From positions 208,870-272,869 of the forward strand of contig CBDBPI010000002.1 in assembly GCA_965208725.1 (NCBI GenBank): 64,000 bases of DNA, written 5' to 3'. Each line of letters begins with the position of its first letter. Within the stretch, counting starts at the first letter, position 1. Below, piece by piece: positions 29,062 to 38,120 of this stretch. The notes under the pieces are model-generated. The model had not been told where the DNA came from. It worked only from the letters and a program-made list of their open reading frames with translations, and searched no databases. Source of the DNA: Dehalococcoidia bacterium (GTDB lineage Bacteria; Chloroflexota; Dehalococcoidia; Lucifugimonadales; GCA-2712585). The translations under genes and the position numbers were made by a program.

Positions 29062-29427
29062 TTATGCCATCAACAACCCTTCCACCTTAGCCACAAACCG
29101 CTCTACGAGTCTAAGGCGTTTCGATATGAAACTTGTCGAGTAAGTGTTTTCGTAGAAGTTGCCGTGCAACACATTTGCGAAATGGAATTGCCTTCGCAAC
29201 TCATCATCGCCGGTCTCTCTGTAAAGCCTGTCAATTACGCGGCGTAAGCTGACATGAGAGTAATGATGCCATCCCCGTTCTTGGGCAATGGCCTTTACCA
29301 TTTGCGCCGCAGCGCCCCAGCCCTTCTCGGATGCCTGCGGTAGGTCCCCTTTGTTCAACTCCTCAAACGCTTGGGCCAGAAATGACTGGCTCTGCCCCAG
29401 ATACATCGCAGTCTTCCGCGTACTCAA
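29062..29427 (-). CDS. PaREP1-like helical protein
   Basis: 121 aa. AFEELNKGDLPQASEKGWGAAAQMVKAIA...LHGNFYEN resembles the PaREP1 family as I recall it. Confidence 0.5.
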   Translation of the reverse strand: MSTRKTAMYLGQSQSFLAQAFEELNKGDLPQASEKGWGAAAQMVKAIAQERGWHHYSHVSLRRVIDRLYRETGDDELRRQFHFANVLHGNFYENTYSTSFISKRLRLVERFVAKVEGLLMA

Positions 29428-29442
29428 TCGATAGCCATAAAC

Positions 29443-29808
29443 TTAGTTCGTTCTTCTCAGAAGCCCCTCAGACCTCTGTGCGAATTCCTCGACATCCCGA
29501 AGAGTGGCTTTGATGTATTCGGCCGAAAAGGCACCTTCACAGTAGCCGAATCCCAGAAAGACAGCGCTGCAAAACAAGTTAATCAACTCTTCGTCTTCAG
29601 TCTCGCAATAGATTCTGTCCATAACGCTATGCAGTTCAGGTGGATCGTCATGCGTCCACCCCCGCTCATCCGCAATCGCCTTGAGCATCTGTGCCGCCGC
29701 GCCCCAACCCTTCTCGGAAGCTTGGGCCAAGTCCCCCTCCTCAAGCTCCTCATACGCCTGCGCCAGCAACACCCGGCTCTGCTCTCTATATGTGGTAGTT
29801 CGTTGCAC
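29443..29808 (-). CDS. PaREP1-like helical protein (tandem paralogue)
   Basis: 121 aa. AYEELEEGDLAQASEKGWGAAAQMLKAIA... Same length as the neighbour and clearly paralogous to it. Confidence 0.5.
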   Translation of the reverse strand: MQRTTTYREQSRVLLAQAYEELEEGDLAQASEKGWGAAAQMLKAIADERGWTHDDPPELHSVMDRIYCETEDEELINLFCSAVFLGFGYCEGAFSAEYIKATLRDVEEFAQRSEGLLRRTN

Positions 29809-29994
29809 TTAAAATATCCCTCAGTCGCATGAATCCGGTGAATGGACAACAAATGTACGTCATGAATGCGCCTTAGTCAACGGGTATTCCTCTCCGGGTC
29901 CCTGTTGGCTGAAACTGTATCCAGAGGACTATTACCCTGACATTGAAGACAGTTCCCACCACTGTCCCTCGCCGCCAGTGCTAAAATATAGCCC

Positions 29995-30024
29995 GCGCCT
30001 CCAAAGGGCGCACAACGGAGGCGT
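29995..30024 (+). promoter_or_regulatory. possible SD-sequestering hairpin in the metF leader
   Basis: GCCTCC (29997-30002) can pair with the GGAGGC SD (30017-30022). The alternative GCGCC/GGCGC pairing overlaps it. Confidence 0.35.
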
Positions 30025-30027
30025 CCC

Positions 30028-30912
30028 ATTAAGATCACTGAAATCCTGAAGACGAAACGCACCCTCTCCTTCGAGTTCTACCCGCCCAGGACCCGGCAGG
30101 GCATTCCCGCCGTCTTCCGGGCCATCCAGAGGCTCGCCGTCTTCAATCCCGACTTCATCTCCGTTACCTACGGCGCAGGCGGCGTCACCCAGGCCTTCAC
30201 CGAGGAGATAGTCACCGACGTCGAGAGCGAGACCAGCCTGCTGCCCATGGCCCACCTGACCTGCGTCGGCCAGACAAAGGACGAGATCCACGGCGTCCTC
30301 ACTCGACTGGAGCAGGCGGGCATTGAAAACATCATCGCCCTCCGCGGCGATCCTCCCCGAGGCCGGACGGACTTCGTCCCTGTCCAGGGTGGCTTCAGTC
30401 ATGCGTCTGACCTCATCCGCCACATCAGCCGGAACTTCTCGTTCGATATCGCCGCCGCCTGCTACCCGGAAGGACATCAGGAGTCGTCCAACCTGGAGCG
30501 TGACCTGGAATACACCAAGCTGAAGCTTCAGATGGGGGCGTGTTTCCTCATCACCCAGCTCTTCTTCGACAACCGTTTCCTCTACTCCTTCATGGATAGG
30601 GCCAGAAAAGCGGGGATAGATGCTCCGATCCTCGCGGGTATTCTCCCCATCCTGAACACCCAGCAAATCCGACGGTTTACCGCCCTGTGCGGCTCTTCCA
30701 TCCCGTCTGAGATTGATGCAATGCTGGACCGCCTCGCCGACGACAAGGACGCAACCCGGGAGTTTGGCATCGAAATTGCCACCGAGCAGGTGCGGGAAAT
30801 GCTGGATTGGGGCGTCGACGGCGTTCACTTCTATGCCCTCAACCGCAGCTATTCCATTTCGAAGATCCTCGCCAATCTCGGCTTCCCCCAGTCCGGCTCG
30901 ACGGCCAGCTAG
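30028..30912 (+). CDS. metF: 5,10-methylenetetrahydrofolate reductase
   Basis: The ORF track starts at ATG 30247, but the same frame upstream encodes the conserved MetF N-terminus (LSFEFYPPRT...FISVTYGAGG...HLTC). No in-frame ATG/GTG/TTG lies after the stop at 29989. The ATT at 30028 sits 6 nt after GGAGG. Confidence 0.8.
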   Translation: MKITEILKTKRTLSFEFYPPRTRQGIPAVFRAIQRLAVFNPDFISVTYGAGGVTQAFTEEIVTDVESETSLLPMAHLTCVGQTKDEIHGVLTRLEQAGIENIIALRGDPPRGRTDFVPVQGGFSHASDLIRHISRNFSFDIAAACYPEGHQESSNLERDLEYTKLKLQMGACFLITQLFFDNRFLYSFMDRARKAGIDAPILAGILPILNTQQIRRFTALCGSSIPSEIDAMLDRLADDKDATREFGIEIATEQVREMLDWGVDGVHFYALNRSYSISKILANLGFPQSGSTAS

Positions 30913-30944
30913 ACCGCCTTGCGCGTGCTCCTCGTAGAGTAGCC

Positions 30945-32159
30945 ATGGCCAGACCGCTAAAGGAAGAACTCGGCCACCGGCTGCGGGCTAAGGGAAAAAT
31001 CACCTTTGCCGAATTCATGGACCTGGCCCTCTACTGGCCGAACGGCGGCTACTACCGAGGTACGTCTCCCATAGGCGAGGGCGGCGACTTCTACACCGCC
31101 CCCGGCGCCCATCCCTCCTTTGCCGCCCTGCTGTGTCTCCAGCTACACCAAATGTGGAAATTGCTGGACTGCCCCCACCCCTTTTGGGTGGTGGAAGCCG
31201 GCTCCGGTAGCGGCCTTCTCAGCCGCGACGTGACAAGCTTCGCTCCCTTCCTCCCCCACGAATTTCACCGCTCCCTACGTTACCTCTGCCTTGATCCCTC
31301 CCTCTCTCTTACTGACGCCGGTGGCGATGTCCAGCCCCTCGCCACCGACCGCCTCCCTCTCTCCGGCGTCGTGGGCTGCATCCTCTCCAACGAACTCCTC
31401 GACGCCTTCCCCGTCCACGTCGTCGAAAAGCGCGACGGCCGGCTTCTGGAAGTTTACATAACCCTCCGAGATGGCTCTCTCGTCGAAGAGTTGGACGAAC
31501 CCTCCACGCAGGAACTCCGCCAACGACTGGACTGCCTCGGCGTCGAACTCGCCGAGGGTCAGCGCGCAGAGATTAGCCTTGCCATGACATCCTGGCTTGA
31601 GGACGCCGCCCAGGCGCTGAAGCAGGGTTACCTGCTAACCATCGACTATGGCCGTGAAGCCGCTGAGCTCTACTCCCGCCAGCGCTTCCGCGGCACCCTC
31701 ACCACCTTCTACCGCCATACCCAGACGGACAACCCCTACGTCCGCGTCGGACAGCAGGACATCACCGCCCAGGTAGACTTCACCGCGCTGATGAGCCACG
31801 GCACGAAACTTGGCCTGGCCAACCTGGCCTACCTGACGCAGGCCCAATTCCTCTCCAACCTCGGCCTGCGACACTGGATTTCCAAGCTGCCCGCCCTCGG
31901 ACTCGCGCAGCAGCAACGAGACTCCAACCGCATGGGAATGCTGCAACTCATCCGCCCCCGAGGCATGGGCGATTTCAAAGTCCTCATCCAGGGCAAGAAC
32001 GTCCCCGAAGCTCGCTTATGGGGTCTTCAAACCTCTCCGGAATTGGCGGACTTGGTTCACCGGCTCGACCCGCCCATTCTCACAGCACAACACGTCCCTC
32101 TGCTCCAGGGCCGCTACCCTTCCTATGGGACGGATGCGACAGACTTCTACTCCCGCTGA
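30945..32159 (+). CDS. class I SAM-dependent methyltransferase, MidA/NDUFAF7 (DUF185) family
   Basis: ITFAEFMDLALYWPNGGYY...DFYTAP...EAGSGSG pattern. I prefer the ATG at 30945. Confidence 0.75.
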   Translation: MARPLKEELGHRLRAKGKITFAEFMDLALYWPNGGYYRGTSPIGEGGDFYTAPGAHPSFAALLCLQLHQMWKLLDCPHPFWVVEAGSGSGLLSRDVTSFAPFLPHEFHRSLRYLCLDPSLSLTDAGGDVQPLATDRLPLSGVVGCILSNELLDAFPVHVVEKRDGRLLEVYITLRDGSLVEELDEPSTQELRQRLDCLGVELAEGQRAEISLAMTSWLEDAAQALKQGYLLTIDYGREAAELYSRQRFRGTLTTFYRHTQTDNPYVRVGQQDITAQVDFTALMSHGTKLGLANLAYLTQAQFLSNLGLRHWISKLPALGLAQQQRDSNRMGMLQLIRPRGMGDFKVLIQGKNVPEARLWGLQTSPELADLVHRLDPPILTAQHVPLLQGRYPSYGTDATDFYSR

Positions 32160-32185
32160 ACCCCGCCGCCCAGCCTTCCGTTGTC

Positions 32186-32755
32186 CTAAGCCGCCGCCTC
32201 CGAATGCAGCCCCAGACGCTCCGCTACGGGCTTCAGACTCTCGATGACAAAGGCAATGTGTTCGTTCAGGTCCAACTCCATCTCCGACGCCCCGTTGATG
32301 ATGTCCTCCCGGATAACGTCCTTGGCGAACCGCTTGTCCTTGAACTTCTTCCGCACGCTGCGGGGCTTCAGGTTGTCCAGGCTCTTGCCCGGTCGCACCA
32401 GTGCCACGGCGCGAATGAACCCCGAAAGCTCGTCCACGGCAAACAGCGTCTTCTCCATCAGCGAGTCCCGGGTAAGCCCCGTGTGGTCGCCGTGGGTCAG
32501 CACCGCCCGCACAATGTGCTCGGGAAAGCCAGCTTCCCGCAGCAGGCCCGCCCCGAACATCGGATGCTCCTCCGGCGTGGGGCAAATCTCCCAGTCGAAG
32601 TCGTGCACCAGCCCTGCTATGCCCCACTCCTCCTCGTTCTCGCCATACTTGCGAGCGTAGCCGCGCATGGCCGCCTCCACCCCAAGCAGGTGCCGCATCA
32701 ACACCTCCGTCTGCACGTGCTGTTCCAGAAACTTGAGGGTGCTCTCTCTATCCAT
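32186..32755 (-). CDS. HD-domain phosphohydrolase
   Basis: GLVHDFDWE HD motif. The ATG at 32755 follows GGGAGGGAG. Confidence 0.7.
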   Translation of the reverse strand: MDRESTLKFLEQHVQTEVLMRHLLGVEAAMRGYARKYGENEEEWGIAGLVHDFDWEICPTPEEHPMFGAGLLREAGFPEHIVRAVLTHGDHTGLTRDSLMEKTLFAVDELSGFIRAVALVRPGKSLDNLKPRSVRKKFKDKRFAKDVIREDIINGASEMELDLNEHIAFVIESLKPVAERLGLHSEAAA

Positions 32756-32819
32756 CTTTCTCCCTCCCTCTGACTTCTCGGTATCATACACTGCCGTCAC
32801 CGTCAGCGCCTCCTCCCCC

Positions 32820-33455
32820 CTACCGTGACTTCGGCTCGGAGAAAATACTCCCTATCATCCTGAAGAACGCAATCAACATTGCCACAACTCCGGCAACGGC
32901 TGCTCCGAATCCGCGCCTTCCTGCGTAATACCAGAAAAACAACACTCCGGCCCCTAGAAATAGCCATACCCAACCGGTCAATCCGCTTCCATTATGAACG
33001 CCGATGAGGATTAGTAGGCCGAATATGAACATCGCCGCCCAGATCCACGACAGCGCAACCGAGACAAATGGCCTCAGGGAAGTTGACTGCCCGCCGCCTG
33101 CGGACAACTCCTGAATTGCTACAGCCCGAAGCTGACGGAAAAGAAGCCGTATCTGCTCTGCGGCCTCACTTCGACTAATCCGACGGAGGCATAATCTCCA
33201 ACCCACTATCGGCATCAACATCATCAAGACCGTCAAGGGCAGTCCGAGCGCGTAAATCTGCCGCACTGTCTCCTTTGCGCCGATCCTTCCCACACGGAGC
33301 CCCAGGCTGGCCAGGAAGAGCACCCAGAGTATGGTCAGAAAACCGCCATGTACAAGGTGAAGGGCGGCGAACCAGATCACTCCGAAAAGCAGTATCGCTG
33401 TCCATACCAGGTACACGGAGGAATATAATAGCTGGCGTCTCACCCTGCGCTGCAC
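32820..33455 (-). CDS. hypothetical multi-pass membrane protein
   Basis: 211 aa with about 6 hydrophobic segments. No family recognised. Confidence 0.4.
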   Translation of the reverse strand: MQRRVRRQLLYSSVYLVWTAILLFGVIWFAALHLVHGGFLTILWVLFLASLGLRVGRIGAKETVRQIYALGLPLTVLMMLMPIVGWRLCLRRISRSEAAEQIRLLFRQLRAVAIQELSAGGGQSTSLRPFVSVALSWIWAAMFIFGLLILIGVHNGSGLTGWVWLFLGAGVLFFWYYAGRRGFGAAVAGVVAMLIAFFRMIGSIFSEPKSR

Positions 33456-33528
33456 CTTGCCGCACCGCCCTCCGTGTAGCCGGATGCCGGGCGGATAAGA
33501 CGGGTTCCGCTATATTCCGGTCCCATGA

Positions 33529-34365
33529 CTAAGCCCCCGGCCTCGGTGTGCACTTCCGCGCCGTCGTTATAAACCCCGTGTGCGCCACCATCCGGTGGTC
33601 CGGCCTCATGCTCCTCTCCGAAACGTGCCACGGACGAAGCATCAGCTCCACCGTCTCCACCAGCTGGAACGACCCGTGTCCCTGAAGCTCCAACGTCAGC
33701 CTGTGCACTTGCAGCGTCGTCGGGAGAAAGCTCAGGAAAATCCCCCCCGGCGCCAGCGCTTCCGCAGCATGAGGGACCACCCTCCACGGTTCCGGCAGGT
33801 CCAGCACCAGCCGGTCCACCTCCCGCTCCTCGATGCCCCCATAGATGTCCGCCTCACGGACGTTGAAGACTGCTCCGTCGGGCATGAGGGGCCGAATCCG
33901 GCGCATCGACTTCTCCGCCTGCCCCGGACGGATTTCGTAGGACGTTACGCTGCCTTCCGGCCCTACCGTCCTTAGCAAGGCCATCGTCAGCGCTCCGGAG
34001 CCGAAGCCCCCCTCCACCACCCGCGCACCCGGGAAAATGTCTCCCAACATCAGAATCGCCCCCACGTCCTTGGGGTAGATGACCTGTGTGGCCCGCTTCA
34101 TCTCCAGGATGTAGTCGGAAAGGGTAGGCTTCAACCCCAGAAACCGGTGACCGCTGTTCGTCTGAAACCACTCCCCCGGGTCACGCCCAATGATTTCCCG
34201 GTGCTCCAGGTAGCCCATGTGCGTGTGGAACGCCCCATCCTCCCGCAGATGTAGCAGGTAGCGACGTCCCTTCCGGTCGATGAGAAGCGCAAGTCCTCCA
34301 TCCCGGAACGGCCCGCGTGAGTCGCCTTCTTCTACATGGGTGGTCATGGAAATCTCAACCATCAC
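33529..34365 (-). CDS. trmI: tRNA (adenine-N1)-methyltransferase TrmI/GCD14 family
   Basis: 278 aa. VVEGGFGSGALTMAL SAM motif and DLPEPW motif. Confidence 0.8.
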   Translation of the reverse strand: MMVEISMTTHVEEGDSRGPFRDGGLALLIDRKGRRYLLHLREDGAFHTHMGYLEHREIIGRDPGEWFQTNSGHRFLGLKPTLSDYILEMKRATQVIYPKDVGAILMLGDIFPGARVVEGGFGSGALTMALLRTVGPEGSVTSYEIRPGQAEKSMRRIRPLMPDGAVFNVREADIYGGIEEREVDRLVLDLPEPWRVVPHAAEALAPGGIFLSFLPTTLQVHRLTLELQGHGSFQLVETVELMLRPWHVSERSMRPDHRMVAHTGFITTARKCTPRPGA

Positions 34366-34383
34366 GCACCCCTCGGAGGCCGA

Positions 34384-34851
34384 TTAAGTCCCCAGCTTGT
34401 CCAGCTCCCCGAGGATCTCCTCCGGGGTAGGAAGCGAACCCGGGGCGTACTCCCGCCGGAACTGCACCGTGCCGCCCTTGTCAACGATGATGATGGCCCG
34501 TTTGGGCGTGCCTATGGCGTCGTTGTAAAGACCGTAGGCCCTGGACATCTTTCCGTGGGGATGAAAATCCGCCAGCAGAGGATATTGAACGTCCCCCATG
34601 GACTCCGACCATGCGCGGTGGGAATGCTGGCTGTCGCAGCTGACGCCCAACACCTGGGCGCCTCTCTCCTCAAACTGGGCGTTCGCCCCGTTGAATGAGG
34701 AGACTTGGTTCCCTCAACCGCCTGTAAAGTCGAAAACGTAGAAGGAAAGGACTACGTTCTTGTCTCCCCGGAACTGGCCAAGGGAGACCTGGTTGCCCGA
34801 CTGGTCGGGCAGTGTGAAGTCCGGCGCTGATTGTCCGATTTCGGCTGCCAT
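34384..34851 (-). CDS. AhpE-like 1-Cys peroxiredoxin with in-frame TGA (selenocysteine) at the peroxidatic position
   Basis: Hand translation from the ATG at 34851 (after AGGAGG) gives MAAEIGQSAPDFTLPDQSGNQVSLGQFRGDKNVVLSFYVFDFTGG-TGA-GNQVSSFNGANAQFEERGAQVLGVSCDS... It runs in frame into ORF 34384..34653. The TGA is at 34714-34716. Confidence 0.8.
34668..34700 (-). promoter_or_regulatory. candidate bacterial SECIS hairpin
   Basis: CCUCAuucAACgGGGC-GAAC-GCCCaGUUUGAGG begins 14 nt after the UGA. The apical loop is about 30 nt downstream. Confidence 0.5.
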
Positions 34852-34935
34852 ATTTAAAAATTCCTCCTGTCGATATGTGGCGACGTTGCAACGTCGCCAA
34901 GAGTCAGCGTTCGTTGATTGGTTTCCGTGTTGGAG

Positions 34936-35316
34936 CTACTTCCGGTACGCTTCCGGAGGCTCCCCTTCCACGTAGGTTGTGTTCTGCATTCCGTCGCTGC
35001 ATGGGAAGAAGGCCAGCGCCACGGCGGTCCCTTCTCCGGACGCCGTGAAGCTGTGGGCAATCCCCTTCGGTATCACCATGGTCTGGTTGGGAAGCACGGT
35101 AGCTTCGTCGTCGCCGATGCGACCCTCCACCTGCCCTTCCAGCACCGTAATCAGCTCGTCTACCTCGTGGATGTGCAGCGGCGCGCCATACCCGGGTTCG
35201 ATGGTGCTGTAGTGCAGGGTGCAGTCCACCCCCTGGTCTATGCCGGCTACGGACCACACCCGGTAGTTGGGCCTCCACGGAATCTCCTGGGCTTCTCGGT
35301 GGTCGATTATCGACAT
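34936..35316 (-). CDS. cupin-domain protein
   Basis: 126 aa. GAPLHIHEVDELITVLEG cupin motif 1. Confidence 0.65.
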   Translation of the reverse strand: MSIIDHREAQEIPWRPNYRVWSVAGIDQGVDCTLHYSTIEPGYGAPLHIHEVDELITVLEGQVEGRIGDDEATVLPNQTMVIPKGIAHSFTASGEGTAVALAFFPCSDGMQNTTYVEGEPPEAYRK

Positions 35317-35320
35317 GACG

Positions 35321-36787
35321 CTACTCCTTCCGCTCCCACCGCAGGTCCGGCCGTCGCGCCGCCTGTGCTTCGTTCAACCGTCGTACCGGCAAAGTGTGGG
35401 GCGCGTTCTGCACCAGTTCCGGGTTCTCCGTGGCCTCCCGGTCGATGGCGTTCATCGCCTCGATGAACTCGTCCAGCGTCTCCTTGCTCTCCGTCTCCGT
35501 CGGCTCGATGAGCAGCGCCTCGTCAACCGTCAGGGGGAAGTACATCGTCGGTGCATGGAACCCGTAGTCCAGCAGCCGCTTGGCCGTCTCCAGCCCCCGT
35601 ACTCCCTTGGCCTTCTGCCAGTTCGCCGAGAGCACAACCTCGTGCATGCAGGGGCGGTCGAAGGGTAGCAGATACTTGTCCTTCAGCTTGGCGAGAATAT
35701 AGTTGGCGTTCAGGACGGCATTTTCGCTTACCAGCTTCAGTCCCGCGTCGCCCAGCGTGCGGATATAAGTGTACGCCCGAACCAGCACCCCGAAGTTGCC
35801 GTGGGACGCCGATACCTTGCCTATGGTCTTCTCTGGCGTGGCAAGAACAAACTGCTCCTGACCATTGAAGGTGCGCTTCTCCACTATCGGCGCCGCCAGG
35901 TATGGCTGCAGGTTAGGCTGGGCGCAGACGGGGCCTGCTCCCGGCCCGCCTCCTCCGTGGGGCGTGCTGAAGGTCTTGTGCAGGTTCAGGTGCATCACGT
36001 CGAAGCCTAGGTCCCCCATCTTCGCCCGACCCAGCAGCGCGTTCATATTTGCGCCGTCGGCGTACACCAGACCCCCCGCCTCGTGAATCAGCCGGTTGAC
36101 CTCAACTATTGTCGGGTCGAACAGCCCCAGCGTGCTGGGAAGCGTGATCATCATCCCCGCCAAATCCGGCGTTGCCTCTTTCTTTAGCGCCTCCAGGTCG
36201 CAGTTGCCGTTCTCGTCCGTCGGTATCGAGACCACCCTGAAGCCCGCCATGGCCGCCGATGCGGGATTCGTCCCATGGGCGCTGTCGGGCACCAGCATTT
36301 TCAGTCGTTCGCCGTCGCCCCGGTCCCGGTGGTACTTCTGAATCATCAGAATCCCGCAAAGCTCGCCCTGCGCCCCGGCAAGGGATGCCAGGCTGGTTGC
36401 CGCCATCCCCGTGATCTCCGCCAGGTAGTCCTGAAGATGGTGCATCAACTCCAGCGCTCCCTGCACTTGCGCGGCGGGCTGTTGAGGATGTATGGCGGCG
36501 AACCCGGGAAGGAAGGCAGCCTCGTCGTTGATCTTGGGGTTGTACTTCATCGTGCAGCTGCCAAGGGGATAGAAGTGGGTGTCTATCGAGAAATTCATCC
36601 GGCTCAGGTTGGTGAAGTAGCGGACTATCTCAGGCTCCGTCACCTCCGGCAGGTCCACTTCCGCCCGCAGCATCTCTTGGCCGGGTAGCGTCTGAGCAGG
36701 CACGTCGAGGTCCGGCAGCACCGTCCCCACCCGACCGGGTACGCTCCGCTCCATCAGCAGACGGCGATTGCTTTCCATGATATTCAT
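35321..36787 (-). CDS. gcvPB: glycine dehydrogenase (decarboxylating) subunit 2
   Basis: Start MNIMESNRRLL at 36787 in an ATGA overlap with the gcvPA stop. The 803-aa ORF in the track is an upstream out-of-frame extension. Confidence 0.95.
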   Translation of the reverse strand: MNIMESNRRLLMERSVPGRVGTVLPDLDVPAQTLPGQEMLRAEVDLPEVTEPEIVRYFTNLSRMNFSIDTHFYPLGSCTMKYNPKINDEAAFLPGFAAIHPQQPAAQVQGALELMHHLQDYLAEITGMAATSLASLAGAQGELCGILMIQKYHRDRGDGERLKMLVPDSAHGTNPASAAMAGFRVVSIPTDENGNCDLEALKKEATPDLAGMMITLPSTLGLFDPTIVEVNRLIHEAGGLVYADGANMNALLGRAKMGDLGFDVMHLNLHKTFSTPHGGGGPGAGPVCAQPNLQPYLAAPIVEKRTFNGQEQFVLATPEKTIGKVSASHGNFGVLVRAYTYIRTLGDAGLKLVSENAVLNANYILAKLKDKYLLPFDRPCMHEVVLSANWQKAKGVRGLETAKRLLDYGFHAPTMYFPLTVDEALLIEPTETESKETLDEFIEAMNAIDREATENPELVQNAPHTLPVRRLNEAQAARRPDLRWERKE

Positions 36788-38118
36788 CGGCTGAACTCCG
36801 AAAGCGCTCCCACCAGGGCCTCTATCTCCTGACGCGTGTTCATCTCCGTGACGCAAAAGAGCATGCAGTTGGGCATTACGTCGCTGATGTCCAGCCCGCC
36901 GATAATTCCGCTTTCCAGGAGACGCTCGTTGATGACGCTGGGACTGGCGGGGCACTTCACCACGAATTCCTTGAAGAACGTCCCGCGTATCGGGAACGAA
37001 TAGCCCGCCACCCGTCCGATTAGCGACGCAGCGTAGTGGGCCTTGTGGTAGCTGAGTTCCGCTATCTTGGGCAGTCCCTGTTTGCCCAGGGCCGCCGTAG
37101 CGATGGCGCTCGCCAGGGCCAGTAACGCCTGGCTCGTGCAGATGTTGCTCGTCGCCCGTTCCCGGCGGATGTGCTGCTCCCGCGTCTGGAGCGTCAGCAC
37201 GTATCCCGTCTTGCCCTCCGAGTCCACCGTCCGCCCCACAATCCGGCCGGGCATCTGCCGCAGATACTTCTTGCGGGTGGCGAAAAGGCCGATAAAAGGC
37301 CCGCCGAAGCTCATCGGGACTCCCAGTGCCTGCCCTTCTCCCGTCACCACGTCCGCGCCAAACTCTCCCGGAGGACGGAACATCCCCATGGCCACCGGGT
37401 CCGTCGACACCACCAGCAGGGCGTCCCGCTCCTGCGCCGCCACCTTGTGGGACGCCAGGTCCTCCATGTACCCGTAAAAGTTCGGGTACTGCGTCAGCAG
37501 GCAGGCAGCCCCTTCTGGCAGACGCGGCCTCACTGAGTCCATGGTCGTCACCTTCAGCCCCTGCGGAAGTGCGTAGGTCTCCACCACCTCCCGATACGTG
37601 GGCGAGACGGTGTTGAGCACGCAAATCTCCTCCCGACCGGTGACGCGGCACGCCATGAGCGCCGCTTCCGCCAGACTGGAGGCTCCCTCGTACATCCCGT
37701 CGTTTGCCACCTCCATCCCCATCAGGCTGCACACCATCGTCTGAAACTCGTAGGCCACCTGCAGCGTCCCCTGGCTGGCCTCCGCCTGGTAAGGCGTGTA
37801 TGACGTCAGGAACTCCCCGCGGGTGATCAGGGGCTTCACAATGCTCGGGATGAAGTGGTTATAGACTCCGGCTCCCAGGAAGGAGGCGTACGCTCCCGTG
37901 TGCCGGTTCGTTCCCGCCATCGCTTCCAGTTCGGCTCGGAGCTCCAACTCCGACGTGGGTGGCGGGATGTTCAGAGACGGGCTGCGATGCTCCGCCGGGA
38001 TGTCTTCGAATAGCTGGTCGATGGAGTCCAGCCCCAATGCTTCCAGCATCTCCGCGCGCTGGGCGGGTGTGTTGGGCATGTAGTGGGACTGGAAGGGAAC
38101 GGAGCCGTTGTCGCTCAC
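36784..38118 (-). CDS. gcvPA: glycine dehydrogenase (decarboxylating) subunit 1
   Basis: 444 aa, typical GcvPA sequence (YMPNT...FLGAGVYNH...). Confidence 0.95.
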   Translation of the reverse strand: MSDNGSVPFQSHYMPNTPAQRAEMLEALGLDSIDQLFEDIPAEHRSPSLNIPPPTSELELRAELEAMAGTNRHTGAYASFLGAGVYNHFIPSIVKPLITRGEFLTSYTPYQAEASQGTLQVAYEFQTMVCSLMGMEVANDGMYEGASSLAEAALMACRVTGREEICVLNTVSPTYREVVETYALPQGLKVTTMDSVRPRLPEGAACLLTQYPNFYGYMEDLASHKVAAQERDALLVVSTDPVAMGMFRPPGEFGADVVTGEGQALGVPMSFGGPFIGLFATRKKYLRQMPGRIVGRTVDSEGKTGYVLTLQTREQHIRRERATSNICTSQALLALASAIATAALGKQGLPKIAELSYHKAHYAASLIGRVAGYSFPIRGTFFKEFVVKCPASPSVINERLLESGIIGGLDISDVMPNCMLFCVTEMNTRQEIEALVGALSEFSR

Positions 38119-38120
38119 CG

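Noticed and set aside
29932-30828. 298-aa minus-strand ORF overlapping metF.
   Set aside because: It is antisense to a clearly conserved MetF coding sequence and has no recognisable motifs. This is a typical high-GC antisense open frame.
35321-37732. 803-aa minus-strand ORF suggesting a giant fused glycine dehydrogenase.
   Set aside because: Only the part from MNIMESNRR (ATG 36787) is GcvPB. The N-terminal ~315 aa is Arg/Gly/Pro-rich nonsense produced by reading gcvPA out of frame. gcvPA and gcvPB are separate genes with an ATGA overlap.
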